From an uncultured delta proteobacterium (lineage in GTDB: Bacteria; Desulfobacterota; Binatia; Binatales; Binataceae): DNA of 64,000 bases. The notes under the pieces were generated by a model. The model saw nothing but the letters and a program-made list of their open reading frames with translations. It had not been told where the DNA came from and ran no database searches. Numbering within the stretch: position 1 is the stretch's first letter; each line of letters opens with the position of its first letter. Of this stretch, positions 1-10,393 are shown one piece after another. The translations under genes were made by a program, and so were the position numbers. The DNA lies in contig CAVXXK010000004.1 in the NCBI GenBank assembly GCA_963765675.1, positions 192,001 through 256,000 of the forward strand, read 5' to 3'.

Positions 1-458
1 AAGCCCATGAACGGTTCTTCGACCAGCATCCGGGTAACGGTCTGCAGGCCTTCGAGCCACTGCGTGCGCTTGTCTTCCTGGGCGACGGTGAAGCCGCCGA
101 GCTCGACCTCGCACGCACCTTCGCCGGTGCCGAAGTCGCATCGTCCGTCGCTGATAAGATCGAGCGTCGCGATTCGCTCGGCGACGCGCGCGGGATGATT
201 GATGTACGGCGGCATCTGCACGATACCGTGCCCGATCCTGACGTTCCTGGTGCGGGCTGCGCACGCGGCGAGAAAAATCTCAGGCGCGGAAGAGTGCGCG
301 TACTCCTCGAGAAAGTGATGCTCCGTCGCCCAGACGTAGTCGTATCCAATGCGGTCGGCGAGCTCGACCTGCTCGAGCGCCTGCTTGAACAGTTGATGCT
401 CGGAGTCAGATGTCCACGGCCGCGGGAGCTGGAGTTCGTAGAAGGCGCCAATCTTCAT
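1..458 (-). CDS. Luciferase-like (LLM class) flavin-dependent oxidoreductase, 5' part (runs off the window)
   Basis: Manual translation of the minus strand from ATG 458: MKIGAFYELQLPRPW...GYDYVWATEHHFLEEYAHSSAPEIFLAACAARTRNVRIGHG...HPARVAERIATLDLISDGR; typical LLM motifs. Confidence 0.88.
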   Translation of the reverse strand, partial: MKIGAFYELQLPRPWTSDSEHQLFKQALEQVELADRIGYDYVWATEHHFLEEYAHSSAPEIFLAACAARTRNVRIGHGIVQMPPYINHPARVAERIATLDLISDGRCDFGTGEGACEVELGGFTVAQEDKRTQWLEGLQTVTRMLVEEPFMG

Positions 459-504
459 CGCGGGTTCCTCATTCTTGTTTGCCGACTATGCGCACGAATC
501 ACCC

Positions 505-927
505 TCACTTGTCGAAGCCCTGTGCCTTGCGCAAGTTGTCGTTCAGGACGAGCCACGGCACTCTATCCGGCCAGAAAGCGTGCCGCTCGCTCTCGGCGGG
601 ATGACCGGTGTTGGCGGCGGGATCGATACATGCGCGGCTGACCGCGATCAAATCGGGCAGCGCGTCGAGATTGATCGTTAGCGGCGAGCCGCAGTTCTTG
701 CATCGGTTGCGATGCACCTTGTCCGAGCTGCTGAAGCTCTGAAGATCGCCGCCCTTGGTCCATCGGAAGCCGGCTTTCGGAAAAATCGAAAGTGTCACAA
801 AGGCGGCGCCCTGCAGGCGGCGGCAAACCGAGCAGTGGCAATGATGGCTATCGACCGCCGGTTGCGTGATTGCGAATTGATTCGCCCCGCAGAAGCATGA
901 GCCTTTTATCTCGTCAAATTTCGCCAT
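505..927 (-). CDS. GFA (glutathione-dependent formaldehyde-activating/CENP-V) family zinc protein
   Basis: GSCFCG, CHCSVCRR and CKNCGSPL Cys motifs; likely start MAKFDEIK with GGAGG RBS. Confidence 0.88.
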   Translation of the reverse strand: MAKFDEIKGSCFCGANQFAITQPAVDSHHCHCSVCRRLQGAAFVTLSIFPKAGFRWTKGGDLQSFSSSDKVHRNRCKNCGSPLTINLDALPDLIAVSRACIDPAANTGHPAESERHAFWPDRVPWLVLNDNLRKAQGFDK

Positions 928-955
928 AGCCTTATCCTCCGATCGAGAAAATTGA

Positions 956-1996
956 TTAGCCGAGCCGGGCGCGAACAATTTTCGCACCTTCAACCATCGC
1001 TTTAAGTTTGCCGAACGCGACTTCCCGCGGCAGATACTTCATCCCGCAGTCGGGCGCGACCATCAGACGCTCAGCGGCGACGTGCTTCAGTGCGGCCTCG
1101 ATCCGCGCCGCTACGACATCAGGCGTCTCGATATTTTTGTCCCCGAGGTCGAGCACGCCCACGATCATCGTCTTGCTCGGAAGCTCGCGCAGGACCGCGA
1201 GGTCGAGCCGCGGCTGCGCGGTCTCGATCGACACCTGTTTCACGACACTGCCTTCGAGTTCCGCCAGGAATGAATAGCTCGACGGTTTCTGCGGAACCAC
1301 CGCCGCGTAGCCGAAACAAATGTGAATCGCGGTGGTGCCAGTGATTCCCTCGAGCGCGCGATTCACCATCTTGACGCCATACTGTTTTGCACGCTCGGGA
1401 AAACGCTGCATCCATGGCTCGTCGAGCTGCACAATATCGGCGCCCGCTGCGAACAGGTCTTTCACTTCTTCGTTGACTGCCGCGGCGAGTTCCATCGCCA
1501 GCGTCTCGCGATCGCGATGGTGGCGCGTCTCCGATTGCTCCGACATCGTGAACGGTCCCGGCAGTGTAATCTTGATTGTGCGATCGGTGTGCGCGCGCAG
1601 AAACGCGACATCGCGAACCTCAACCGGCGCAAGACGGCGCACGGGTCCGGAGAAAAGCGGCACCGCGACCGTAACCGTGCGGCCCGCGTTGACGAAAGTC
1701 AGCTTGCCTTCTTTCTCACGATCGAGTCCCGCCAGCGCGTTCGAAAATTTATTGGAATAGCTCTCGCGCCGAATCTCGCCATCACTGATGATATCGACGC
1801 CCGCGCGCTCCATGTCGCGGATCGCGACGATCGTGGCGTCGTCCTGCGCCTGCTCAAGCCATCGCTCGGGAATGCGCCATAATTCCGGAACGCGGATGCG
1901 CGGAACGAAGTGGCTCAGCTTCTCGCGATCGATGAGCCAGTCCGGTTGCGGATAGCTTCCGACCACCATCGTCGGCAGAAGCGTATGCGGTGTCAT
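956..1996 (-). CDS. Cobalamin-independent methionine synthase II family protein (single catalytic barrel)
   Basis: VGSYPQP, DGEIRRESY, QLDEP, zinc ligands HICFG and PDCG; 346 aa, no N-terminal folate-binding half. Confidence 0.85.
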   Translation of the reverse strand: MTPHTLLPTMVVGSYPQPDWLIDREKLSHFVPRIRVPELWRIPERWLEQAQDDATIVAIRDMERAGVDIISDGEIRRESYSNKFSNALAGLDREKEGKLTFVNAGRTVTVAVPLFSGPVRRLAPVEVRDVAFLRAHTDRTIKITLPGPFTMSEQSETRHHRDRETLAMELAAAVNEEVKDLFAAGADIVQLDEPWMQRFPERAKQYGVKMVNRALEGITGTTAIHICFGYAAVVPQKPSSYSFLAELEGSVVKQVSIETAQPRLDLAVLRELPSKTMIVGVLDLGDKNIETPDVVAARIEAALKHVAAERLMVAPDCGMKYLPREVAFGKLKAMVEGAKIVRARLG

Positions 1997-2026
1997 GGTC
2001 GCCTTTCCTGCCCGGCTGCCGTCGAT

Positions 2027-2944
2027 TCAGAGATTCGGGACCACATCGCGCGCCAGCAACTCCATATGCTCCACATGATCAAAAACTGGATCCAGCAAAA
2101 GACGCTGCGCACCGGCGCGCACCAGTTCCCGCAATTTGTCGATACATTCCGCACGGCTGCCGTAAATCGAGACGCGAGGAGCCATATCAGCATTGCGGTA
2201 GCGGGCGCCGAACCACTCTCGTAAGCGACGCTCCGCGCGCGCCCGATCATCATCGACCGCGATGTAAACTCGCTTTGAGACGGGGAAGGTCTTGGGATCG
2301 CGCCCGGCATCGTCCAGCAGGCGGCGCAGCCACTCAACGTGTTGGACGAATTCGGCCGACGACGATGATCCCGGCCCCATCCATCCGTCACCATGCCGGA
2401 CCGCGCGCTTCAGGCCGAGTTCGGTGCGAGCGCCAAACCAGATCGGAGGACGCGGCTTCTGCATCGGCTTGGGTTCCATCGCCACGTTTTCAAATTTCCA
2501 GAATTCTCCGCTCACCGAGGCCTTTGGCTCGGTCCATAACGCCTTCAGGACTTGCAGTCCTTCGACGAAACGGCGCGGTCGGCGCTCGCGGGGCACTCCG
2601 AAAATCTCGTGCGGCGTGGTCGGACCGCCGATACCAACGCCCAGAATCAGCCGTCCTTTGCTGAGTTGATCCAGCGTGGACAGAGTCTTGGCTAATTCCA
2701 CCGGGTTACGGATCACGGTCAGCAACACCGCTGAGCCGAGGCGAACTCGCGAAGTCAGCGCCGCAACGTAGGTCAAGAGCGTCACCGGCTCCAGCGCCGA
2801 AATCTCACCGATCATCTGCTCTTGAACCCACAAACTGTCGTATCCGAGCGCTTCGGCCCTGGGGGCGAATGCTCGAATGAGTTCGAGATTAACCGGAGTT
2901 TTGTCGAAGGTTTGCGGAATTGAGATGCCGCATGGAATCGTCAT
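2027..2944 (-). CDS. LLM class (probably F420-dependent) oxidoreductase
   Basis: GYDSLWVQE, LAKTLSTLDQLSKGRLILGVGIG, PPIWFG, GDGW. Confidence 0.88.
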   Translation of the reverse strand: MTIPCGISIPQTFDKTPVNLELIRAFAPRAEALGYDSLWVQEQMIGEISALEPVTLLTYVAALTSRVRLGSAVLLTVIRNPVELAKTLSTLDQLSKGRLILGVGIGGPTTPHEIFGVPRERRPRRFVEGLQVLKALWTEPKASVSGEFWKFENVAMEPKPMQKPRPPIWFGARTELGLKRAVRHGDGWMGPGSSSSAEFVQHVEWLRRLLDDAGRDPKTFPVSKRVYIAVDDDRARAERRLREWFGARYRNADMAPRVSIYGSRAECIDKLRELVRAGAQRLLLDPVFDHVEHMELLARDVVPNL

Positions 2945-2970
2945 TTGAATTCCTTTTCGAGTCGGCCCGA

Positions 2971-4578
2971 CTATGGATCAATCAGCACGCCTGGATTCAG
3001 GATGCCCCGCGGGTCGAGCGCCTTCTTTGCCGCGCGCAACGCATTCGCGAAACCGTCAGGCCGCTGGAGGTCGTACCACGGACGGTGATCGCGTCCGACC
3101 GCGTGATGATGCGTGATCGTGCCGCCGAGCTTTATCAATAGATCGGAGGCCGCCTGCTTGACGGCATCGCGCTGCTCCAGTTGTGAGTCTTTTTTCCCCG
3201 GCCCCAGGAATGTGTAGTACGGCGCAGGCCCGTCAGGATAAACGTGGGTGAAGCGGCAGGTCACGCTGCCCTTGCCGCAGATGCGCTTCATCGCGTCGCG
3301 CGCGCATTCGATCACCTGCAAGTGAAAATCCTCGAAGCGATCCCACGTGATCGAGGTCTCGAACGTGTCGCTCACCATCCCCATCGCCGCGACCGTGTCC
3401 ATAAGATACGGAGCGTTGAGAAACGCGTTGCGCCATGCGCCCGCGGCGCCTTCGTGCGTCGCCTCCTGATCGGTGCGCGTCTTGATTTCCTCTTTGGGAA
3501 TCTTGCCGCCGTGATCGGCGCAGCATTCGAGCGCTCGTTTCATCCACGGTTCGAGCGGATGGTCTCCGGATTCGAACGCCAGCACCATCACCGCCTCGTC
3601 GCCGTTGGCGGCGCCGGCGTTGAGCGCCTCGCCCTCATCAAGCACGCGGCAGTTCGCAGGAAACAATCCCGCCTGACCAATCTGCCGGACAGCCTTTGCG
3701 GCGGCAAAGAAACTCGGAAACGGCACCGACGCGCCGATCCGAAACTTCGGGCGATCCTGCAAGCGCATCCATGCCTCGGTGATGATGCCCAGGATTCCTT
3801 CCGAGCCGATGAACATGCGGTCGGGACTTGGCCCCGCGCCCGAGCCCGGCAGGCGCCGCGACTCGATGATGCCGGTCGGCGTGATGACACGGGTCGATTC
3901 GACGAAGTCATCTATGTGCGTGTAGTTGGTCGCGTAGTGTCCGCCCGAGCGCGTCGCGATCCATCCGCCTAGAGAAGAGAACTCGAATGACTGCGGATAA
4001 TGGCGCAGCGTGAGGCCGTGCGGCTTGAGCTGCGCTTCCAGATGAGGTCCGAGTACGCCGCCCTGGATACGTGCGGCGCGCGAAGCCTTATCGACTTCGA
4101 GCACACGATTCAGATGGGTCAGATCGATCGACACCGCGCCACGATAGTCGCCCTTGCTCGGAGCCTCGACGCCTCCGACTACAGACGATCCGCCGCCATA
4201 TGGCGATGCGGCGATCTTCGCGCCGTCGCACCATTCGAGGATCCTCACGATGTCCTTCTCATCGCGCGGAAACGCCACCACATCAATCGGGTTTGGATAG
4301 TATCGGCGAAACGCGCGGATAATATCGCGCGATCCTTTGCCGTAGCTATGGCCCGCGCGATCGTGTGTGCCGGTCGAGCAGATTTCTTTGAGCGAATCGG
4401 GAGGTTGCACCCGTGGAGCGCGAAGACTTAATTCCTTTTCGGTTGGAGGCGGCGTCAAGGTCAACTCGTCCAGGCCGAAGCGTTTCGCCATCCGCTCCGC
4501 CATATGCTTTTGCTGCTCGGGAGTGGGACCCTGGTCTTCGTAGCCCCATCCCCAGAATTTTCGTCGCCGTTCCGCCAT
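2971..4578 (-). CDS. FAD-binding oxidoreductase, alkyl-DHAP synthase (AgpS)-like
   Basis: PYGGGSSVVGG, HYPQSFEFSSLGGWIATRSGG, GSEGILGIIT, HHHAVGRDH, LDPRGILNPG. Confidence 0.88.
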   Translation of the reverse strand: MAERRRKFWGWGYEDQGPTPEQQKHMAERMAKRFGLDELTLTPPPTEKELSLRAPRVQPPDSLKEICSTGTHDRAGHSYGKGSRDIIRAFRRYYPNPIDVVAFPRDEKDIVRILEWCDGAKIAASPYGGGSSVVGGVEAPSKGDYRGAVSIDLTHLNRVLEVDKASRAARIQGGVLGPHLEAQLKPHGLTLRHYPQSFEFSSLGGWIATRSGGHYATNYTHIDDFVESTRVITPTGIIESRRLPGSGAGPSPDRMFIGSEGILGIITEAWMRLQDRPKFRIGASVPFPSFFAAAKAVRQIGQAGLFPANCRVLDEGEALNAGAANGDEAVMVLAFESGDHPLEPWMKRALECCADHGGKIPKEEIKTRTDQEATHEGAAGAWRNAFLNAPYLMDTVAAMGMVSDTFETSITWDRFEDFHLQVIECARDAMKRICGKGSVTCRFTHVYPDGPAPYYTFLGPGKKDSQLEQRDAVKQAASDLLIKLGGTITHHHAVGRDHRPWYDLQRPDGFANALRAAKKALDPRGILNPGVLIDP

Positions 4579-4641
4579 AGCCCGAGCTCCTTGTCCGAAT
4601 TACGCGCCCACGCGCCGGCGCCGGAGGTCCCTGTGGCTTCT

Positions 4642-4902
4642 TTACTCCGCGGAGACTCTCGCGAGCAATCGCGCTTCGATCACCGACGCCCCGACGCCAC
4701 ATGACGGCCGGGAGTTTCTTTCGCCGGCGCGCCTGGCGGTGACGCTGCCGCTGCCGCGGAACCAGGGAGCTTGCATCCACTTGGCGGGGCCGCATTTCGC
4801 CAACTCGTGCTCCTGGCAAATCAACTCGTCGGATGACGTGATGCGGCAGTTCCAGTCGCCGACATCGACGACGTGCAGGAACATCATCGTCATGTAACTC
4901 AT
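4642..4902 (-). CDS. Small hypothetical protein (uncertain)
   Basis: 86-aa ORF in an intergenic gap; first half has GC-rich third codon positions; no motif recognised. Confidence 0.35.
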   Translation of the reverse strand: MSYMTMMFLHVVDVGDWNCRITSSDELICQEHELAKCGPAKWMQAPWFRGSGSVTARRAGERNSRPSCGVGASVIEARLLARVSAE

Positions 4903-5073
4903 CGTTTCGCGCAGCGCGATCGTCTGCCCGCGCGCGACATCACAACCCAGCGCTGGCTGACGCGCCGAGAAAGATTCCGGCGTCGGATAGAATCGCCAGC
5001 GTCCCGATCAACCTGAGCAAGCGCGCACTACGCCTCATGCGAGATTCTCGCGACCGAAGCTGCCAGTTTCTCC

Positions 5074-6036
5074 TCACGCTTTGAATAGTACGCTGATGCT
5101 CTCGCGGTTGTGGATACGCTTGATCGCCTCACCGAAAAGCGGCGCCACCGAAACAACCTCGACCTTCTTCGATAGCGCGACAGGCTGGGTTTCGATCGAA
5201 TCGGTCACTAGCAGACGCTTTATCGGACTGGCGTCGAGCCTTTCCATCGAGCCTTGGCTGAAGACCCCGTGAGAGACCGCGGCGTAGACGGCTTTCGCCC
5301 CGCGTTCGACGAGCTTCTCGGCCGCATCGACAAGCGTGCCCATCGAGATCGTGAAGTCATCGACCAGCAGCGCGGTCTTGCTTTCCACGTCGCCGATGAT
5401 CTCGAGGATCTCGGCGCGTTCATCGTGCGCCTTGCGTTCTTTGTCTGCGATAGCGATGGAGGTGCCCAGGAACGACGCAAACTTGCGCGCCTGCTTTGCG
5501 AAGCCGGTGTCGGGCGAGACCACGACGAGGTCCCGCAACTTCATGCGTTTGATTTCCTTGCCGAGTACCGGCAGCGCGTAGAGATCATCGACCGGAATAT
5601 GGAAGAAGCCCTGGATTTGCGGCGCGTGCAGGTCCAGCGTCACCACCCTATCCGCTCCGGCCACCGCGATCGCGTCAGCGCAGACTCGTGCTCGAATTGA
5701 AACCCGCGGTTCGTCCTTCTTGTCGCCCTTCGCGTAGCTGAAATAGGGCATCACAACAGTGACCGACTCGGCACTGGCGCGCCTGAACGCGTCGATCCAG
5801 AAAAGCAGTTCCATGAAATTATCGTTGGTGGGAAAGACCGTCGATTGAACCAGATAGACGTCGCGCCCGCGCACGTTTTCTTTGACCCGCACAAACAGGT
5901 TCCCGTCCGAGAAACGCAGCACTTCGCCGGCGCCCGGCCGCAGGTTCAAGTACTCACAAATCTTCTGGGTCAACTTGGGACTGCCGCTGCCGCCAAATAT
6001 GGCGATGTCGTTCGCCGAATCGGACTTCCGCTTCAT
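5074..6036 (-). CDS. prs: Ribose-phosphate pyrophosphokinase
   Basis: FSDGN, ENVRGRDV, DLHAPQIQGFF, VVVSPDTG, PRPP-loop LVDDFTISMGT. Confidence 0.93.
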   Translation of the reverse strand: MKRKSDSANDIAIFGGSGSPKLTQKICEYLNLRPGAGEVLRFSDGNLFVRVKENVRGRDVYLVQSTVFPTNDNFMELLFWIDAFRRASAESVTVVMPYFSYAKGDKKDEPRVSIRARVCADAIAVAGADRVVTLDLHAPQIQGFFHIPVDDLYALPVLGKEIKRMKLRDLVVVSPDTGFAKQARKFASFLGTSIAIADKERKAHDERAEILEIIGDVESKTALLVDDFTISMGTLVDAAEKLVERGAKAVYAAVSHGVFSQGSMERLDASPIKRLLVTDSIETQPVALSKKVEVVSVAPLFGEAIKRIHNRESISVLFKA

Positions 6037-6216
6037 CCCTCTCGATTAGCATGCGACAGGCAATTTCCACTACGCCCGAGTTCGAATGCGCGGGTGTGGA
6101 AAGCCCAATTCGATCGATACTGGATCAGTGGATGAAAGCGAGGACCGTGCGGCAGCCCGCGACGCGACGTTGATTCGCATCGGGCAGGTCTGCCGCATCC
6201 GAAGTGAAAGACTCTT

Positions 6217-6513
6217 CTAGTAGTTAGTGGTAGTGCTCGACGAATGCTCGCTCGAGTTGCCCATCGGCGCGCCGTTCGACGATGACGACGAATGTTCGGT
6301 AGTTGTGGTTGGAGCCTCGACAGCCGGCGCCACGACCACGGGAGCAGGTGCAACCACCACCGGCGCGGGATATGCCACGACGGCGGCCGGCGCCGAGGTT
6401 GTGGTTTCGCTCGTGCTCGTGGTGTCGGAACTGTCAGCGAATACGACGCCGACGCTTCCGAACAGCACCGCGATGCCCAAGGACAAAGCTGCAGTCTTCA
6501 AAGAGTGTTTCAC
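6217..6513 (-). CDS. Small secreted low-complexity protein
   Basis: Signal-peptide-like N-terminus (VVFA|D), Thr/Ser runs, PAPVVVA repeats; GGAG RBS. Confidence 0.6.
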   Translation of the reverse strand: MKHSLKTAALSLGIAVLFGSVGVVFADSSDTTSTSETTTSAPAAVVAYPAPVVVAPAPVVVAPAVEAPTTTTEHSSSSSNGAPMGNSSEHSSSTTTNY

Positions 6514-6750
6514 AATGATGTCTCCGTTAGTTCCTCATAAGAATCGTTCATCTTTAGAGTAAGAATGTATTCAGCTTCGCGGCAAGCACATCTCTGGGGC
6601 GATTGCGGTTTGAGTGCTCTGGGGCACCGCAATCGCGAGTAGATTGTCGACGTTATGAATCGGGAGACGGCGACTAGACGATCGCGTACGAGCGCGTCGA
6701 CAAGGCGACCTTATGCAGCCTTGACTTCTCGAGGCCGAAAACGCCCAGTC

Positions 6751-7521
6751 TTATGCGTCAACCAGGCCGAAGCGGACGCCGCCGATCATCACGATATCGT
6801 TCGCGACGAGGCTGCCGCGTTTCTTCGCGCTCGCGAGCAGACGCGGCCGATCGACGACGACCAAATCGATCCCGCCGAGGCCCTCGCCACGTCCGTCGGT
6901 TTCCTTGACGAAGCGGATCGTTCCGATATCGAGACGAATCGCGGGGTTGCCGTGCGTGTCGCGAGTGAGCGGCCGCTCCAGGATTTGAGCCCATCGCTCG
7001 GCCAGCGCCGCAGGCTCGGGTGATTGAATTTCGGCGGCCGCGATCGCGCGGACGACGTCGGTCCGCACTGCCGGCTTCCAGTTGCGTCCGGCCGGAGCCC
7101 ACGGGCCGTCAGGAGCTTCACCGCCCTTTTGATAGTCGATCTCCAGAAACGTACCGCCGGTGTCGCGCGGATGGAGCTGCATGATGCTGTACTCGGCGGA
7201 GTCATCCTCGAGCGCCTTGCGGATGCCGAGCTCGGCGGCACGGCGCTTGCGCGGTGCATGCTCGTCGCATTGCAGGATACACATGTAACCGCCGTCGCCG
7301 CGACGCCGTTCCAGGTAGCGGCCCCCGGCGGTGTTTTCCTTAATCGGAGCGACCACCTCGATAAACTGGCTGCCGACCGGGAGCAACGCGTTCTCGAGCC
7401 CGAAAACTTTGACGCCGGGGTCGCGATGCCCTACTTCGAGGCCGAACACCGCGTGCAAATCGTCAACCACCGGAGCCAACTTGTTCGCGACCAATGCCAA
7501 CTGGCGCATACGGAGCCACAT
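6751..7521 (-). CDS. VOC/glyoxalase-like protein
   Basis: LRMRQLAL, DPGVKVFGLENAL, FIEVVAP, RRGDGGYM, QLHPRDTGG. Confidence 0.82.
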   Translation of the reverse strand: MWLRMRQLALVANKLAPVVDDLHAVFGLEVGHRDPGVKVFGLENALLPVGSQFIEVVAPIKENTAGGRYLERRRGDGGYMCILQCDEHAPRKRRAAELGIRKALEDDSAEYSIMQLHPRDTGGTFLEIDYQKGGEAPDGPWAPAGRNWKPAVRTDVVRAIAAAEIQSPEPAALAERWAQILERPLTRDTHGNPAIRLDIGTIRFVKETDGRGEGLGGIDLVVVDRPRLLASAKKRGSLVANDIVMIGGVRFGLVDA

Positions 7522-7538
7522 ATGAAATCCTCCTCCGG

Positions 7539-8342
7539 CTAACGGCCTTCGAATCGTGGTTTGCGCTTTTCGACCTTCGCGGCGAATGCCTCTTGCGTGT
7601 CGTGGGTGGCGAACATCGGTATGTGGCGCGCGGTTTCCAGGTCGATATAAGTTCTGAGATTCGTCCGCTCGGCTTCGACGAAGTTCGACTTCATCGTGCG
7701 CAACGCAATCGGCGCTGCCGCGGTCAGCCGCTCGACGATCGCGCTAATCTCCGCGCGAAAAGATTGGTCGGGAAACATGCGCGTGATCAGTCCAATCCGC
7801 AACGCTTCGGCGGCGTCGAATTTTCCCGGCATGAAATACAATTCGCGGGCGCGCGCCGCGCCTACGATCCGCGGCAATGTCCATGGACCGCCCATGTCGC
7901 CCGCCACGCCCACGTCGAGGAACGCGACATTGAACCGAGCCGACTCGGCGGCAAAGCGAAAGTCGCATGCGCACGCCCATCCGAACGCCGCGCCGGCGCA
8001 CGCACCGTTGATCGCCGCGATCGTGACAGCGGGCATCTCATGCAGGAGCGTCGAGACGTGATAGTCGCGCGGCCCGGAACCGTCGCCGTCCGAATTCTGC
8101 GCGCGATTCTCGCCGGACGACACGACGACGTTTAGATCCGCGCCGGGGCAGAAAGCCTTGCCCGCGCCCGTCAGCACCAGCACGCGGATCTCAGTATCGT
8201 CGGCGGCGCGGGTCAGCGCCTCGCGCGCTTCATGCACCATCAGGCCGGTCATGCCGTTCATCCGCTCGGGACGATTCATCGTCAGCGTGGCGAGCGGTCC
8301 GGTCTTCTCGAACAGAATTGTCTTGAAGTGCGGGTCGCTCAT
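7539..8342 (-). CDS. Enoyl-CoA hydratase/isomerase family protein
   Basis: Start MSDPHFK overlapping the upstream stop; NRPERMN, AFCPGADL, AAINGACAGAA, KRKPRFEGR. Confidence 0.9.
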   Translation of the reverse strand: MSDPHFKTILFEKTGPLATLTMNRPERMNGMTGLMVHEAREALTRAADDTEIRVLVLTGAGKAFCPGADLNVVVSSGENRAQNSDGDGSGPRDYHVSTLLHEMPAVTIAAINGACAGAAFGWACACDFRFAAESARFNVAFLDVGVAGDMGGPWTLPRIVGAARARELYFMPGKFDAAEALRIGLITRMFPDQSFRAEISAIVERLTAAAPIALRTMKSNFVEAERTNLRTYIDLETARHIPMFATHDTQEAFAAKVEKRKPRFEGR

Positions 8343-9151
8343 ATTTCTTCTCCTTTCAATCGCGCGAAGCGCGGCGGCCGCCGCTCGACGAACGATTTCA
8401 CGCCCTCGGTCGCATCCGGATGCGCCAGCGACTCGTGCGTCAGGCGATCCGCGTCGCGAATTGCCGGCTCGAGCGCGAGCGACGAATGGCGATAAATCTG
8501 CGACTTCATCACCGCGATTGAACGGGGCGATACATTCGCCGCGAGGTCGCGGATGTAGGCCTTTGCGTCGTCGAGAAGCTTTTCGTTGGGCACCACGCGA
8601 TCGACGAAACCGATTCGGAGCGCCTCGGCCGCGTCGATTCGGCGCGCACTCCAGAGCAGATCGAGCGCACGGTTGAGCCCGACCAGCCGCGGCAGAATCC
8701 AACTCGTGCCGTGCTCCGCGATCAGCCCGCGCTTCGAGAATGCGGTTGTGAAGCTCGCGCCGGCGGCCGCGAAACGCAAGTCGCACATCATCGCAAGCAC
8801 AAAGCCGCCGCCCGCGGCAACGCCATTGACCGCGGCGATAACAGGTTTCGGAATTCGCAGCAGATGGCTGAACAGCGCAGGCAATTCGTCCTCCGAAACG
8901 TTGGCAGCAGGTTCGGCTTCCCGCGCCGTGCCCGACGCCGAGCGCGTCAGATCGCCGGTATCGAGGCCTGCGCAAAACGCACGGCCCGCTCCCGTCACAA
9001 CGATGCCGACGACGCGCTCGTCGGCAGCCGCCATGTCGGCTGCCTTGCGGATTTCGGCGATCATCTCGAAGGTGAACGCGTTGAGCTTCTCCGGCCGGCC
9101 CAATCGGATCAGACCGACGGAGTCTTCCACCTGGTAATCCACGTTCGTCAT
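8339..9151 (-). CDS. Enoyl-CoA hydratase/isomerase family protein
   Basis: RPEKLNAF, AFCAGLD, PKPVIAAVNGVAAGGG, GLIAEHG. Confidence 0.9.
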   Translation of the reverse strand: MTNVDYQVEDSVGLIRLGRPEKLNAFTFEMIAEIRKAADMAAADERVVGIVVTGAGRAFCAGLDTGDLTRSASGTAREAEPAANVSEDELPALFSHLLRIPKPVIAAVNGVAAGGGFVLAMMCDLRFAAAGASFTTAFSKRGLIAEHGTSWILPRLVGLNRALDLLWSARRIDAAEALRIGFVDRVVPNEKLLDDAKAYIRDLAANVSPRSIAVMKSQIYRHSSLALEPAIRDADRLTHESLAHPDATEGVKSFVERRPPRFARLKGEEI

Positions 9152-9184
9152 CGCGCTAGCATACCTCGCCCACCCGCGAGAGCG

Positions 9185-10186
9185 TCAACTCGAAAGGGCA
9201 GGCAGCACTTCGCGTGCGAAGCGCTCGAGCGAGCGCATCGCCTTCTCCGGCGCGAGGCCCGGTAGCTGTGTGATCAGGATGATCTCCGTCGCACCGCTGG
9301 TCGAAATCACCTCGGCAAGACGATCCTTCACGATCTCTGGCGGTCCGATGATGCTGCTCTGCTTGAGCTGATTCGCGTCGGGCTGGATCCATCGCTGGCC
9401 GGGATTCGCGGCCGAAAGCCATTTTCCATAGAGCGCCGCCTGATACATCGCGGCCGGCTCGATATCCGCCCACGCCCGCTCGGCGCTGTCGGCGACGTAA
9501 ACGATACGACTGTTGACGATGCTAAAGGCGTCGGGGTCTTTGCCGAGGCTGCGCAGCTCCTCGCGATAGATCTCGACCTGATGACGTCCGAGGTTGCAGG
9601 CAAATGACAAACCGAGCCGCGCGCCGCGCTGGATCGCCGTGGTGGTCATCCCGCCCCACAGCAGCTCCGGATGCGGCTGGCTTTTGGGGCGCGGCAGCAC
9701 ACGCACGTCGTGAAACTGAAAGTGCTGGCCCTCAAAGCTGAAACGTTCACCGGTCCACGCGCGGCGCATGATCTCGATCGTTTCGAGCGTGCGGCTGAGC
9801 CGATGCTTTTTCGAGACTTGCAAACCGTCGAATTCTTCGTCGCGGTAGCCCATCCCGATTCCCAGGCGCAGGCGGCCGTTGGAGATGACGTCGATCATTG
9901 CGGCGTCCTCGGCCAACCGCAGTGGATGATAAAACGGCGCGAGCAAAACATAGGTGCCGAGCGCGATCCGCGTGGTGCGCGCCGCGATCGCCGCGAGCAT
10001 CGGCATCACCGAGGACAGGTAGCCGTCATCGACGAAGTGATGCTCGGTGACCCACAGCGACTCGAAGCCGGCTTTTTCGAGAAACTCGATCTGCCGGAAC
10101 ATCGCGGAATAGAAGGTCCCGAAATCCATATGCGACGATTCAGGATTCCGGAAGTCGAGCATGTAACCAAATTTCATCTTCGGCAT
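9185..10186 (-). CDS. LLM class flavin-dependent oxidoreductase
   Basis: LWVTEHHF, HPLRLAEDAAMIDVISNGRLRLGIGMGY. Confidence 0.9.
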   Translation of the reverse strand: MPKMKFGYMLDFRNPESSHMDFGTFYSAMFRQIEFLEKAGFESLWVTEHHFVDDGYLSSVMPMLAAIAARTTRIALGTYVLLAPFYHPLRLAEDAAMIDVISNGRLRLGIGMGYRDEEFDGLQVSKKHRLSRTLETIEIMRRAWTGERFSFEGQHFQFHDVRVLPRPKSQPHPELLWGGMTTTAIQRGARLGLSFACNLGRHQVEIYREELRSLGKDPDAFSIVNSRIVYVADSAERAWADIEPAAMYQAALYGKWLSAANPGQRWIQPDANQLKQSSIIGPPEIVKDRLAEVISTSGATEIILITQLPGLAPEKAMRSLERFAREVLPALSS

Positions 10187-10393
10187 ATCAGCATCTCTCC
10201 ATCGCGGCTGTTACCGCGGTTGTAACTGCTTAATCGAAAATGAGAAAGAGGATACGATCTGCGGAGAGAGCCTCAGCATTCGGCGAGCCAACTGAGCGGC
10301 GCGCGCGGCCTCTTTGTTGGTGCATCCCGTCCGCTAACCCTCAACCGTCTTTCCGGTGTAAGTTGTCCCCGCAGGCTGACGCTGGAGGCGCTG

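Noticed and set aside
7539-8975. 478-aa enoyl-CoA hydratase ORF
   Set aside because: N-terminal 211 aa overlap the upstream hydratase in another frame; true start is 8342.
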